A stretch of DNA of 50,652 bases from Octopus bimaculoides (Eukaryota). The notes beneath the pieces were generated by a model. The model saw only the letters and a list, made by a program, of their open reading frames with translations. It was not told the DNA's origin and searched no databases. The stretch lies in assembly GCF_001194135.2 (NCBI RefSeq), contig NC_068995.1, positions 27,732,471 through 27,783,122 on the forward strand, written 5' to 3'. Below are positions 12,435-24,606 of the stretch, one piece after another (the stretch's first letter is position 1; every line of letters starts with the position of its first letter). A program made the position numbers and the translations under genes.

Positions 12435-13359
12435 TATGTCTGTTTGCCTCTACTCTACCATTTCCACTATTTACCATACTTGAAATATGAAACTGTTGGG
12501 ATGTATATGACTCCCTTTTGCTATAGCAGGACAGTGAGTGCTACACAATTAAGGAAATGAGACAGATTATAGCTTGATAAATCAAAATGCTCCTTAACCT
12601 ACAGCACTTGAAGTGACTTGTCATATTCATATATGATCTGAACTTTGTTATATATTATATTTTATTTGTTATATAAAGGTTTGTTGTCAAACTATTTATT
12701 GATGTATCACATTGGCGCTCACTGATCTTGTCCTTTTTGAAGATATTTTATAGCCACCTCAACAACAAAGAAATTGAATGAGAATGATGAATGCTCTGAT
12801 GGATATAATGGGTTAATTTTTATCAATAAAAATAAACCCATTGATAAAGCCAGATTGAAGGTGTTAATAATGGTTTATCTTAAGAGCTGGAAGGCTTATT
12901 TCAGTATAATATTTGAGATGATACCGAATAATGTGAGACAGAAAAAATAGTAGTCATTGCCAAATGAAACAGGTTTAGATGCCTACATCAAGTATTCTCA
13001 ATATAAAATTTTTTCATCTTTGTAGCAAGTTTCAATATTGTGGCAAAAGTATTGAAAACAAATTCATCCAAATAAGAATTATTGAGAGCATTATCAAATA
13101 TTAGGAAATGTGTCACTTGCTTCATGTGTGAACTTATACTAAAACAGGAAATTATATCAAGGTTTAGCAGAGTCTTATGAAATAGAATCAAGAGTTGCTG
13201 ATAGTTATCACTTGACCAAAATGAAGAAATTTTGTAAATTAAAATTTTGTAGTTATGATTATTAAAGGCAAATGTCATGCACTTAGAAAGGTAAGCAAAT
13301 TGTGTGACAAGGAATCGCTATAAAATCACTCCAAGGGAAAGAAGAAAAACAATCAGCTT

Positions 13360-14370
13360 GAAATTAAAATGAATAATGTCAATTTGGATATGCAAGTCAA
13401 TACTAGTAGCAAAATTTATTTAATTCCAAAGACCTATGGTTACTCATTTGTCAACTTAAAACTTTTCAAAATGCTATCCAGAATTTCATCAGTTTTGTGG
13501 ATAAAGGATGAAAACCTTGCAGTCTTATTAAAGTACCTCTTGTAACAAGCACTTGATAAGAAATTATACCAGTAGTGATTGCAGGCAGTGATCAATAATC
13601 ATGGTTTGAAAAGTACAAGACATCAACATACTAAAAGATTATGGTACTTGTGTTAAATTGTATGTTTATACATCTGACAGATCATACTTTTCTATTTGTA
13701 ATTGCAAATTAGTAAAAAATTAGTGAACAGAGCATATTACTCCTGGTAGGAAGAAGGCATTGCTCATTGATATAATATGAAAATTAGATAGAGATTTATA
13801 TAACTCCTAATACTAAATCTACTTTCCACTCAATAGCTGGTAAGGAATGCTTTTGCAAAAGTTGATCTCTGAGATGTTTACCGTCAAATTAAATTAGATG
13901 GATATGAATACTTTATGGTCATGCAATCGAAAAATCTTGAGAGACAGTATATGAAATAATCTATTTGAATAACATGTTTGGGCACAGCTATTGAAGTAGA
14001 GTTGAATCTAAAGGGTAAGACTATACTGCATCAACTGAGATATAGAGGCATGACTTAAATTAGGCAAATACATATTTAACAATAACAAGTTGTCATTTTT
14101 CAAATGTTCTGTTTCAAAGGAAGTTGTTTGTCTAGATTAGGAATTTGTCCAGAAAATATTACATGTCTCTCAACTCTCAATAAAAAAAAATACTGGAATC
14201 CATTTTAGGATTGGTAAATTTTTATGGTTGGTACTTGCCAAAATATTCTAAAATGATTTTCATTGAAACCATTGAATTTGTACCTAAAGACAATTGATAA
14301 TTTAAAAAGTGCCTTTGTGGAAAATTCAGTTGTGAAGATATTTGATTCTAACTAAGATGTGATATTGACA
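13360..14370 (+). mobile_element. Highly decayed Gypsy pol remnant
   Basis: LDMQVNTSS (protease), FAKVDL*DVYRQIKLD (RT), LESILGLVNFYGWYLPKYS and VKIFDSN*DVILTIGA (RT to RNase H) in correct order. Confidence 0.6.
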
Positions 14371-14949
14371 ATTGGTGCTTAGGGATATTCTATGTGAGAA
14401 ATTTTGTGGCTGGATAAGTGTCCAGTGTTATATTCATCAAGGAAGTTAACTACTGATGAATTTAATATTGACATGGAAGCTTTTAGTAATTGTGTCTGTG
14501 TCTTACCTGTCATTTTATAATTGGTAGAAAATTCCTGCTTAGATCTGACTGCAAGTAATTTGATTTCATCTTCTTCCTATGTAAAGAGCATCCAAGGGTT
14601 ATGTTATTCGGGATACACCACATTTGAATTTGATATCACTTATGTCAAAAGAATGCAGCTGGGAGATACTTGTTCAGTTAGATAATTTTAGTCTGTAACA
14701 AAGCAGGAGTGGATAATGTGGATGTGCTGGAGAACTAATTTTGATAACCTAGCTACAAAAACACTTAAAATCACTTCCAGAATAAAGACTCGATGAATAT
14801 GTTAAACATAGATTAACTCTGGAAAATGGCATTCAACGTGTTTCACCAAAAGTATGCAGGAAGATATGTGCCAGTTCTTTTTTATGCTATTAGTTGTGTG
14901 TCTTGATCTGATATACAGTATAATAAATTTTTATGTTTTTTAATAATTG

Positions 14950-15450
14950 GAAATTCTTTGATTCCTTATTTACATTATGGTCCCTCATTGACTGCATTCA
15001 AAACACTTACAAAACATTCTAGAAACCTGGGAGACATCTATTTATGAAGGGCTGGTGGGTTACAAAGGTCCAATACATTTCTGACTGTATATTCCTGGAA
15101 AACCTGCAAAATGGGGAATCAAAGTTTGGAAAATTTGTGAACCAAATGCTGGGTACTGCTGTGGATTCAATTTTGGTCTACTGTATGATATAGTTTGTGA
15201 ATTATCAATACCATACCCTAACCGTATATTATATTATTTTTTGACTAGTTTTTCACTTCAGTCAAATGTGAAGATTTAGATGCTGTGGTAATGTTTATAT
15301 GTGCTATAGCAAGTGGGAAAGGGATACTGTTTGTTGTAAAATAAGCAGAATTTAAAAAGTGATGAAATAATTCAGTGGCAGAAAGGAAATTTGTTAGAAA
15401 CTGCATGTAGAGATGAGGCAAATCAATTTTCTGTCTACCTGGTATCCTAT
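14950..15450 (+). mobile_element. piggyBac (PGBD-like) transposase remnant
   Basis: SIYEGLVGYKGPIHF*LYIPGKPAKWGIKVWKICEPNAGYCCGF; later FD*FFTSVK and QKGNLLETACRD. Confidence 0.8.
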
Positions 15451-15744
15451 TTGTGATCCTCTAATGTAACTGGCATATTGGTGGTGTAGATTGTTGTATA
15501 GTGAAACTGTATACCCCTCCCGGTAAAAAATGGTAGTAGCCAGCCATTATAAATAGACCAGTAGCCGGTCAACAGGAAGAAGGTCAGAAGGTCGAGAGTA
15601 TGTGTAGACTGTGTTGATAGTTGTGTCTGTGCTGATATAGTCATTATACTCTAATACTGAGTGGACATTATAATGATCTGGCCTTTTCAGTATAATAACA
15701 CTGTACAACTGGGGTGGGGGTCGTACAATGCCAGACAAAACCAT

Positions 15745-16815
15745 TCTGTTGAGGACTTTGAAATATAAGAATATCTGTCAGAGTGACAACTGTCATCAAA
15801 AGACAGATACAACAGTGGCGATGAGGAAAAACCAATTGACTGTAAATCAAGTAGCCAATGCTGCTAGCATATCCCATGGGTTGAGATTATTCTGTGCAAT
15901 GAACTTGGTATGACAGAGGTTTCTTATTTCTTTACTGCCCACAAGGGGTTACACGCAGAGGGGACAAACAAGGACAGACAAATGGATTAAGTCGATTATA
16001 TCGTTCCCAGTGCATAACAGGTACTTATTTAATCAACCCCAAAAGGATGAAAGGCAAAGTTGACCTCGGTGGGATTTGAACTCAGAACGTAGCGGCAGAT
16101 GAAATACCGCTAAGCATTCGCCCAGCGTGCTAACGTTTCTGCCAGCCCGCCGGAGGTTTCTGAATGGTGGGTACCACATCTTTTGACACCTGAGCAAAAG
16201 TGCATGAAGCTGATCACATGCTGGGAAAATCTGACATTGTTTGAGGCAGATCCAGCTGGATTCCTTGAACATTTCCTGGTTCAAAGTTTGTTTAATCTGC
16301 AGGGAAGGTAATGGTTTTAGTTTTTTGGGATGCAAAAGGCATTGTGTTTATTGACTATCTTCAGAAGGGCCACGCCATCAATGGAGAGTACTATGCCAAC
16401 ATTCTGAGGTAGTTAGGAAAGGCTATGAAGACCAAATGCTCAGGAAAGCTTACAAAAAAAGCTCTTGTTTCATCAGGATAGTACTCCTGTATATCAAGTC
16501 CTTGCTTTCAATGGCTTCTATGACTTTGAACTGCTTGATCACTCTACCTGTTCTCTTCATTTGGCTCCATCTGACTATCATCTGTTCTCCAACATGAAAA
16601 CGTACTTGGCTGGGAAACAGTATTGCAGTAATGATATCATATCAGCTGTTGATGACTTTTCACACCAAGAGTATGAAGGTTTTTTGACCAGTGGGATCCA
16701 AGCACTGCAACACTGATGGAAGAAGAGTGTGAACTATGTTGAAAAATAACTGTCATTTGGTCACATTCTATGAGAGTATCTTGGTCAGCCTATGAACTTT
16801 TTCAATCAGCCCTCA
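15745..16815 (+). mobile_element. mariner (DD34D-type) transposon, 5'-truncated and decayed, interrupted by a SINE
   Basis: WVPHLLTPEQK, FHQD, HLAPSDYHLFSNMK; 3' TIR cagcctatgaactttttcaatcagccctca followed by TA. Confidence 0.88.
15925..16152 (-). mobile_element. SINE inserted in the mariner with a 9-bp TSD
   Basis: GAGGTTTCT at 15916-15924 and 16153-16161; minus strand B-box-like gagttcaaatcccaccgaggtc. Confidence 0.88.
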
Positions 16816-17280
16816 TATTTACAGTTCATTTTCTAGTTTTCTTCAGATATAAATTTCAGTATTATATTTTATTTTACCTCATGGGAAATCTGTCTTGTCT
16901 ATATTTAAGTTCAACTGGTAATACAGTTATCTGTGCAATACTTCTATATTAAAATTTTGTGATATATTAGATAATGACTCATTTTCTATGGTGATTTTTA
17001 AACAAAATTTGCATAATTGTATATAATGTTGAATTTACCTGTATTCAGATTCACTATGAGATAAAAATTATGCTATAGATTTGGATAAGAACCTTTTATT
17101 AAACTGCATTCCGAAAGTCACATATGCAGATAGATAAAAAAGAGTTAGGATTGTTGTATGAAACCAGTCTAAATTCACAATTATTTTAGAATTTATTTGA
17201 AACACTTTGGCTAGAAATATAGTAATGAAACAGTTAAGTAGATCTTCAAATGAAAATTTAAATTTTCTTTTCTTTTTTAG

Positions 17281-17451
17281 AAATGATTCATAATTTTCCA
17301 ATATTGTCAGATGATCAATACATTCGCAGCATCCACCAAGTTCTTGTATCAGATGAGCTATGGACCCATCCAGAAGTCAGAGCAGTTATTAGATTTGCCT
17401 GGGCCATGAGCCTTCGCCAGCTATATATTTCACAGCACTCTTGTGCTCCAG
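17281..17451 (+). CDS. NUP205: NUP205 internal coding exon (171 nt, phase 1 to 1)
   Basis: ttttcttttttAG|AAATG...CCA G|GTacag; EMIHNFPILSDDQYIRSIHQVLVSDELWTHPEVRAVIRFAWAMSLRQ matches human DMIHQLPLLTEKQYIATIHSRL...GLQATVRLAWALALR. Confidence 0.96.
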
Positions 17452-17954
17452 GTACAGTTTCTAGTGTTTTCTCCTCTGTTGAATTTGATCATGTGAAGTA
17501 TTTCTAATTTCAGATTTAAATATAGAATGTGATATTTTCTTATAATGATGAACTTTATCTGTTATATAAAATTTTTTGCTCTATTTATTTGTGAAGATAT
17601 AGCATAGAAACTGACAGACATGAAAACTAAGGAAAACAAATTAAATTGTTATTGAAATCAGAAAATGCAAGGGACTTATTTTCCAGACAGTTTGAAATAG
17701 TTCACTGAATGTAGATAGTTGTGATGCTTTATTGCTGATAAAAAATCAAATTACATTAGCATGATATGAGCACAATGGTTAAAGGTAGAGGGTACATAGA
17801 ACACATTGTATTCAGTATTGTATTTTGGGAACTGAACTTCATTGCAAAGTCTCATTTAATGATGTTTCTTTTTGGACAAGATATTTGGTACTTGAATTCT
17901 TTTCTTTTTCTTTTACTTGTTTCAACATTTTAACCAGACAAATTGACCCTAGTA

Positions 17955-18179
<225 letters not shown>

Positions 18180-18221
18180 TGTCAGGTATTTGTGAATTCT
18201 ATTGATGAAAGCTAAAATAAT

Positions 18222-18540
18222 AATGATAATTAATGTCCATTTTCCATGTTGGCAGGATCTGGCAATCCACATCACTCTTCTGAGTGCTGATGTCAGGTTT
18301 AGTATGGTTTCTACAGTTGGATGCCATTCCTAACTCTAACCACTTTGCAGTGTGTAGTGGGTGCTATTTTTGTGCTACTGACACTAATGAGGTTTCCAAG
18401 TAACTTGCATCACAGGAAAAGAAAAAAAAAAATCCTTCTTGATTAAGTGGTAGGAGTACTTGAGAGGCAGTGGTAGCTTTATGCTAGAAGTAGGGAGGCT
18501 AATGTATAATAGAAGGACATGTCTGGGTGTCTTGCTATAG
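18222..18540 (-). mobile_element. RTE 3'-end copy, antisense
   Basis: taatgtccattttccatgttggc...ctacagttggatgccattcctaactctaaccact. Confidence 0.7.
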
Positions 18541-18849
18541 AAAAGATACATGTATATTGGTTAATGCTAATCAGGTGAACAAATGCGATAGGAATGTGGA
18601 TGCCTTTGAAGTAAACAAATGAATAAATCAATTCATAGTTAAAATAATTTATTTGCTGGACTTAATTTGTCGTTGGTACACATAATTCTTCACTACATGC
18701 ATATGTTAACTGCTACGAGTTGCTAGAAATAGAAACAAGGTACATTTGTGGAGGTGATATGTCAGAAACGAATATGTTTGTGTGTGTGTGTGTGCATGTA
18801 TAGTTCATCTGAGACAGTAGTCTACTGTTCAAACATTTCTATCGGTCTC

Positions 18850-21530
18850 TGTGGTCTGCGAAAACCTTCTTGTCTCTGTCGTAGACCTTTCTCATCAGCC
18901 TCTTAGGCCTTTCTTATCTGTCCCTCTGCTGACCACTGTATTTATAACAATTGTGGCAGCTAGAAGGACAGACACACTGCAGCAGAGATGGTGCCTAAAT
19001 AGGTCAGCTCCTGCCCATTTGAACTTCACCTGACATGGCTGAAGTCATAGGTCAAAGGGAGATGATCAATCACTTCTTGAGAGGACAAAGAAAACCTTTT
19101 TTCGCGCCTGTTGATCGTGGTGGTTTGGACCGAGAATTCTTAGATTTGGTTTCGAATCTAGGCTTGGAGAAGGAAGTGTTAATATTTAAACTACCCCACC
19201 TTCTAGTGAGAAAACCATGGAGATCAAATGATATTGGAAATGTTATTTTGTGCGTATGCAGAAAAAATTTACCCAGTGTAACCTTCAAATGAATATATGT
19301 CAAAAAACATGGGATATAAAAATATGAAGCAAAAAAGATTCACTGTTGGTGCGTGCTATATGGTGGGCAATACATATATGTGCCCAGGCAGAAATATGTT
19401 GGTGCATTGAAAGAGATGTGCATCTATTCATTACTCAACCCACTAGAGGTCTAATAGAGGCAAGGTGTCTTTTAGTGGCGCAAAAGATCAAGTGGTAGCA
19501 CACATGAGAATGTGACTGTTGTAAGTGTGTGTAAGCATACAGGTAGCAAAATATTTTTACAAGAAGGCAAAACATTTTAAAAAGAAACAAAACATATCTA
19601 CATACAAAAAATGAAAAAAAAATGCTTGTCGAAAAATTTCATTTGTGAAATGTTCAGTAAATGTTCACACAGAAAGTTTTTCGTTGATGTGGAATAATGT
19701 TTCTTTTGTTTCTTTTTTTTTTGTATACAAAATGTTCGTTGATTTCTTTAGGCTTCTATGCGGGTGATGCAGTCATTTGTGTTATGTGTTGATGTAGGCA
19801 TTTCATTTAAGAAGATGGGCAGGTTAAGAGTTGAGACTTACCCGAAAAACTTGCGCAAACCTTGCGGGCCATCAAACTGTTCTTCCCGATTTGGTGTGCC
19901 GAGGTTGTGCAGAATCTGTGGTGTTTGTTGGAGTTGGTGAGTCCATTTGAGGAACTGAATGTAAGTCCTCGATGAAGGCTTTTTTTCAAATGATCAATCG
20001 ATACCGTATTTTGTTTACCTCCCATATTGAGAACGAAATACTTGCGTTCTCTTCTGATAACTTTGTAGGGCCTGGAATATGGTGGCCCAAGTTGAGATGG
20101 TATCCCATCATTTCTCACGAAAACATGAGTCCAAGTGTTGATGTCCTTTGGGACATGTGAAACGATGTTCTGTTGTCTGGGGCCTGGAGGTGACAAATGT
20201 GACATGGATGTCTGTAATCGGTGCACATATTGTGCTGGGTCAGGAAGGTGTTGTGATGAAACAGGTTCAATCATCTGCCCAGGTAAGGTGAATGCTGTGC
20301 CATAGATGAGTTCAGCTGGAGTATATCCAACTTGCTCCTTAACCATGGATCGAATACCAAGGAGGATGAAGGGGAGATGTTCCAGCCCACTCGAACAGTC
20401 TGAAGATGCTTTTATAGTTGGCGGTGAAAACGTTCAACCATGCCATTTGGTGCAGGGTGGTAAGCCGTAGTGTGGATGTGCTTACACCCGAGAAGATGAG
20501 TCAGCTCGGTGAAGAGGCTGGAATCGAACTGTTGCGGGTGTGTCAAAGCGTGAAACTCAGCGTTTTGGTGACCGTTTCTGCCGATATATCAGAAAACGGC
20601 CAAGCTTCGGGCCACCACGATAAACGATTCACACAGGTAAATGTCTATTATTCTGTGAAGGTGGCAGAGGTCCCACAATGTGAATGTGAATGTGCTGAAA
20701 TCATGTGTCAGTTGGCACATGACACAGCACTTGGTCCATTCTCTGATATCCTTGTTGATACTGGTCCGCACAAAACGGGTTGATATCAGCTTTTGAGAGG
20801 AGCGAATACCAGGATGTGACAGAGAATTCAGAGCAGAGAAAACTTCTCAATGATGTTTCTGTGGTACATTAGGGCGTTGGTTACCGGTGGAGATATCACA
20901 CCAAATATGGGTCATGGACGATGCTAGCGGAACATGCTGAAATTTCAGAGCTGACAAATTCTGGAGCTTTAAAAGGTCTTCATCTTTCTCCTGGTCAGCT
21001 GGTATACGTGCCAGATCAATTGTAGCCGTGGTCTGGATAGCATTGATCTGCATGCGTGAACGTGCATTGGCTGTTAAGTTGGTCATCCCTTTGATGTGGT
21101 GTATATGCTTAGTGGCCAGGTATGCTGCCAATAATTCTTGACTGAAGGTACTGCATTTTGTTTCTGCAGGTTTTAACTGCTTAGAAAAGAAAGACAATGG
21201 TTGCCATATGCCGTCAACAAGCTGCTGTAGCACACCTCCAATTCCGGAATCGGATGCATCGACGAGTAAACACAGTGGGGCATCTGATTTTGGATACACC
21301 AACATAGTTGTGTCGGATAATGCTTTTTCTAGGGCAGCGAAAGAGGCGAGTTGATCTTCATTCAGGGCAATATTCGTGTTTTTGCAAGTTGGCTGACGTA
21401 GCAAATCCCTGAGCAGTTGCACTATCTCAGTGAAGTGGGGCATGAAATTTCGATAAAAATTCACTAAACTGAGATATCCCCTTAATTTGCAGAGAGATGT
21501 GGGTGGCGGAAAATCTATGATGGCCTTGTG
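18850..21530 (-). mobile_element. Gypsy LTR retrotransposon 3' half (RT end, RNase H, integrase, spacer, PPT, 3' LTR about 18850-19190)
   Basis: ORFs 20847-21464 (LVDASDSGIGGVLQQ...PLSFFSKQLKPAE), 20418-20783 and 19807-20346 (integrase); minus strand PPT-like AGAAGGTGGGG at about 19194-19204, TATAAATA within the LTR, LTR ends ...CCACA; flanked by two halves of a SINE (18832-18849 and 21535-21668). Confidence 0.85.
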
Positions 21531-21630
21531 GAACCCTGTGGCTGGACTACTAAGTTACAGGCATTCAAAGAAACCAATACTGCTTGTCAATTGACGGGAG
21601 GGTACAAAGATGGACGCACACACACACACG

Positions 21631-21669
<39 letters not shown>

Positions 21670-21968
21670 TTTCCTTGCTGGCATGGGGTGGACTTCTTGA
21701 GTACAGCAAAGCGCCAGATAACTTAGTCCTTTGTCATCTCATCTGAAGTGTTCAATGTCCAGGGGTTATCCTTCAGTATTTGGTTCCATGCCATTCTGGG
21801 TCTCCCACTTTCATGAGTTCCATGAACTTTAAGTGATTGACACTTTGTTATGGTCTGTCAATATCCATCCCTATCACATGAGCAAACAGTGTTGTCTTCT
21901 CTCTTGCATCCTTTGCATCTGCTGTTAATATTTTTGAACACTACATTCTCCATACTCTTACACATATC

Positions 21969-22260
21969 TATCTATATATGTAAAGCTGAGAATGTGTGTC
22001 TGTCTGTCTGTTTGTCTGTGTGTATCACTAAAACCTGAGAACTACCCAACCGATTTCATTCCAATTTTACATATGTCTTAGGATTCCATGCAGTGTCATG
22101 GGTCCAAAAATTTTTCAACTTCTTGCCTGATTGCAAGCCTGGAGCAATCTCTTATCTCTTACTCTATTTCAGTGTTAAGTATCAAAAGTGAAACAATAAC
22201 ATCTATATATTAATGTGATTTACTTTCAGTTTAAATACTGAAATCATTATCTCACATATA
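21969..22260 (+). mobile_element. Possible Helitron/Helentron-type non-autonomous element 5' end
   Basis: A|TCTATATATGTAAAGCTGAGAATGTGTGTCTGTCTGTCTG...ccaaccgatttcattccaattttac resembles HINE/DINE-like starts; runs into (TA)n and a gap. Confidence 0.45.
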
Positions 22261-22292
22261 TACATGCACATACACATACACACACACATATT

Positions 22293-23388
22293 ATGTATAT
22301 AGGTATATATTATGTGTATATATATATATATATATATAATATATATATATATATAATATATATATATATATATAATATATATATATATANNNNNNNNNNN
22401 NNNNNNNNNNNNNNNNNNNNNNNNNNNNNNNNNNNNNNNNNNNNNNNNNNNNNNNNNNNNNNNNNNNNNNNNNNNNNNNNNNNNNNNNNNNNNNNNNNNN
22501 NNNNNNNNNNNNNNNNNNNNNNNNNNNNNNNNNNNNNNNNNNNNNNNNNNNNNNNNNNNNNNNNNNNNNNNNNNNNNNNNNNNNNNNNNNNNNNNNNNNN
22601 NNNNNNNNNNNNNNNNNNNNNNNNNNNNNNNNNNNNNNNNNNNNNNNNNNNNNNNNNNNNNNNNNNNNNNNNNNNNNNNNNNNNNNNNNNNNNNNNNNNN
22701 NNNNNNNNNNNNNNNNNNNNNNNNNNNNNNNNNNNNNNNNNNNNNNNNNNNNNNNNNNNNNNNNNNNNNNNNNNNNNNNNNNNNNNNNNNNNNNNNNNNN
22801 NNNNNNNNNNNNNNNNNNNNNNNNNNNNNNNNNNNNNNNNNNNNNNNNNNNNNNNNNNNNNNNNNNNNNNNNNNNNNNNNNNNNNNNNNNNNNNNNNNNN
22901 NNNNNNNNNNNNNNNNNNNNNNNNNNNNNNNNNNNNNNNNNNNNNNNNNNNNNNNNNNNNNNNNNNNNNNNNNNNNNNNNNNNNNNNNNNNNNNNNNNNN
23001 NNNNNNNNNNNNNNNNNNNNNNNNNNNNNNNNNNNNNNNNNNNNNNNNNNNNNNNNNNNNNNNNNNNNNNNNNNNNNNNNNNNNNNNNNNNNNNNNNNNN
23101 NNNNNNNNNNNNNNNNNNNNNNNNNNNNNNNNNNNNNNNNNNNNNNNNNNNNNNNNNNNNNNNNNNNNNNNNNNNNNNNNNNNNNNNNNNNNNNNNNNNN
23201 NNNNNNNNNNNNNNNNNNNNNNNNNNNNNNNNNNNNNNNNNNNNNNNNNNNNNNNNNNNNNNNNNNNNNNNNNNNNNNNNNNNNNNNNNNNNNNNNNNNN
23301 NNNNNNNNNNNNNNNNNNNNNNNNNNNNNNNNNNNNNNNNNNNNNNNNNNNNNNNNNNNNNNNNNNNNNNNNNNNNNNNNNNNNNNNN
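22293..23388. other. (TA)n microsatellite running into a 999-N gap; other gaps at 1427-1597, 4268-4290, 8263-8651, 23892-23901, 24714-24723, 26224-26399, 38361-38749
   Basis: N runs; several abut (TA)n tracts; all X-rich ORFs in the track are artefacts. Confidence 0.97.
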
Positions 23389-23559
23389 TATACATTTTAA
23401 AAATTAACGTCGACCACTAACGTGGACAATTGATGCGCTAGAAATAGATCACATCTTGTGTCTATTAAAACCTAAATTGTTCTCAACATGAAATATAGCA
23501 GCATACCAAAAACGTGAGCGGGCAAGACATTTAAAATCACCTAAACAAGCATTATTAAA

Positions 23560-23617
23560 CAGGAACTAGTTTCGGATTTAACAAATTCTTACCATTTGTC
23601 TATTCCTCATCAGCCTG
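23560..23617 (-). ncRNA. Minimal type I hammerhead ribozyme (Penelope/retrozyme-type)
   Basis: Minus strand CAGG-CUGAUGA-GGA(aua gacaaau gguaaga auuuguu aaa)UCC-GAAA-C UA G-UU-CCUG: complete core, stem I 4 bp, stem II with extension, palindromic ACUAGU stem III; predicted cut after GUU between 23564 and 23563. Confidence 0.75.
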
Positions 23618-23934
23618 ATTTGTAATGAACCGTAATCATCAGAATCGTATACAGAGTTGCCCACCGCCATTGGTGCGCGTGCATATGGTTCTGCTAATTA
23701 CAGCTTAATGGTAAAATTCAAAAGTCTTCGTTTTGGCGCGCTAATTCCAGGAATATATCCGCAGAAAATATTTATAGATGTATATATAGATGTATATGTA
23801 TATATGTATATCTATGTATTTATATATATTTGTGTATATATATATATGTGTGTGTGTGTGTGTATACATGTATATATACTGAATCTGTAGANNNNNNNNN
23901 NTGTGTGTGTGTGTGTGTATACATGTATATATAC

Positions 23935-24545
23935 TGAATCTGTAGAAAAGGTGTAAGTAGAAACTCCATAAGATGTACCCAGTGTAAGCTATGGATATGT
24001 AAGAGGTGTAGCATCGTCAAAGGAAGATTAACCAGGAAGATAGCTTTTGTTTGCGGCACATGCACAGGGGCAATAAATACCACAGATGCTCAGAAAACAG
24101 ATTCCATCACATGCTGGGGGAGAAACTACAAGTAGTTGATAGCTTCCATTACCAAGGTCTGTAGTGGGGGTGGATGCTCAGAGAGTGTTACCACTAGAAT
24201 AAGAACAGCCCGGGCAAAGTTCAGAAAGCTTCTACCACTACTTGCCTCTCCCTCAGAATGAAAGGTAGATTGTACGATGCATGTGTGTAAACCATTCTGC
24301 TTCACGGCAGTGAAACATGGGCCATGACAGCTGCGAACATGCGTAGGCTCGAAAGAAATGAAGTTAGCATGATCCACTAGATGCGTAATGTCAGTGTGCA
24401 CACACGACAGAGTATAAGCACCCTGAGAGAAATGTTAGACATAAGAAGCATCAAATGTGGTGTGCAAGAGAGACGTTTGTGCTGGCACGGTCATGTACTA
24501 CGGATGGATGAGAAGAGCTATGTGAAGAATAAAAAAAGCTTTAGT
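23935..24545 (+). mobile_element. RTE-clade LINE fragment (Cys-rich insert to RT C-terminus)
   Basis: LLHGSETWAMT, RLERNEVSM, RLCWHGHVLRMDE; paralogous to 25090-25700. Confidence 0.88.
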
Positions 24546-24606
24546 GGCTAGTGGTGAATCATGGCAATATGTGTATGTATGTATATATATATGTGTGTGT
24601 GTGTGT

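Noticed and set aside
19070-19303. ORF downstream of the Gypsy integrase as env
   Set aside because: Short, overlaps the inferred PPT/LTR, and has no signal peptide or TM segment
23520-23572. CTAGT as the 3' end of the Helitron-like element at 21969
   Set aside because: No subterminal GC hairpin; the ACTAGT is better explained as hammerhead stem III
23862-23941. Direct repeat across a 10-N gap
   Set aside because: Identical contig-end overlap either side of a minimal gap; assembly artefact
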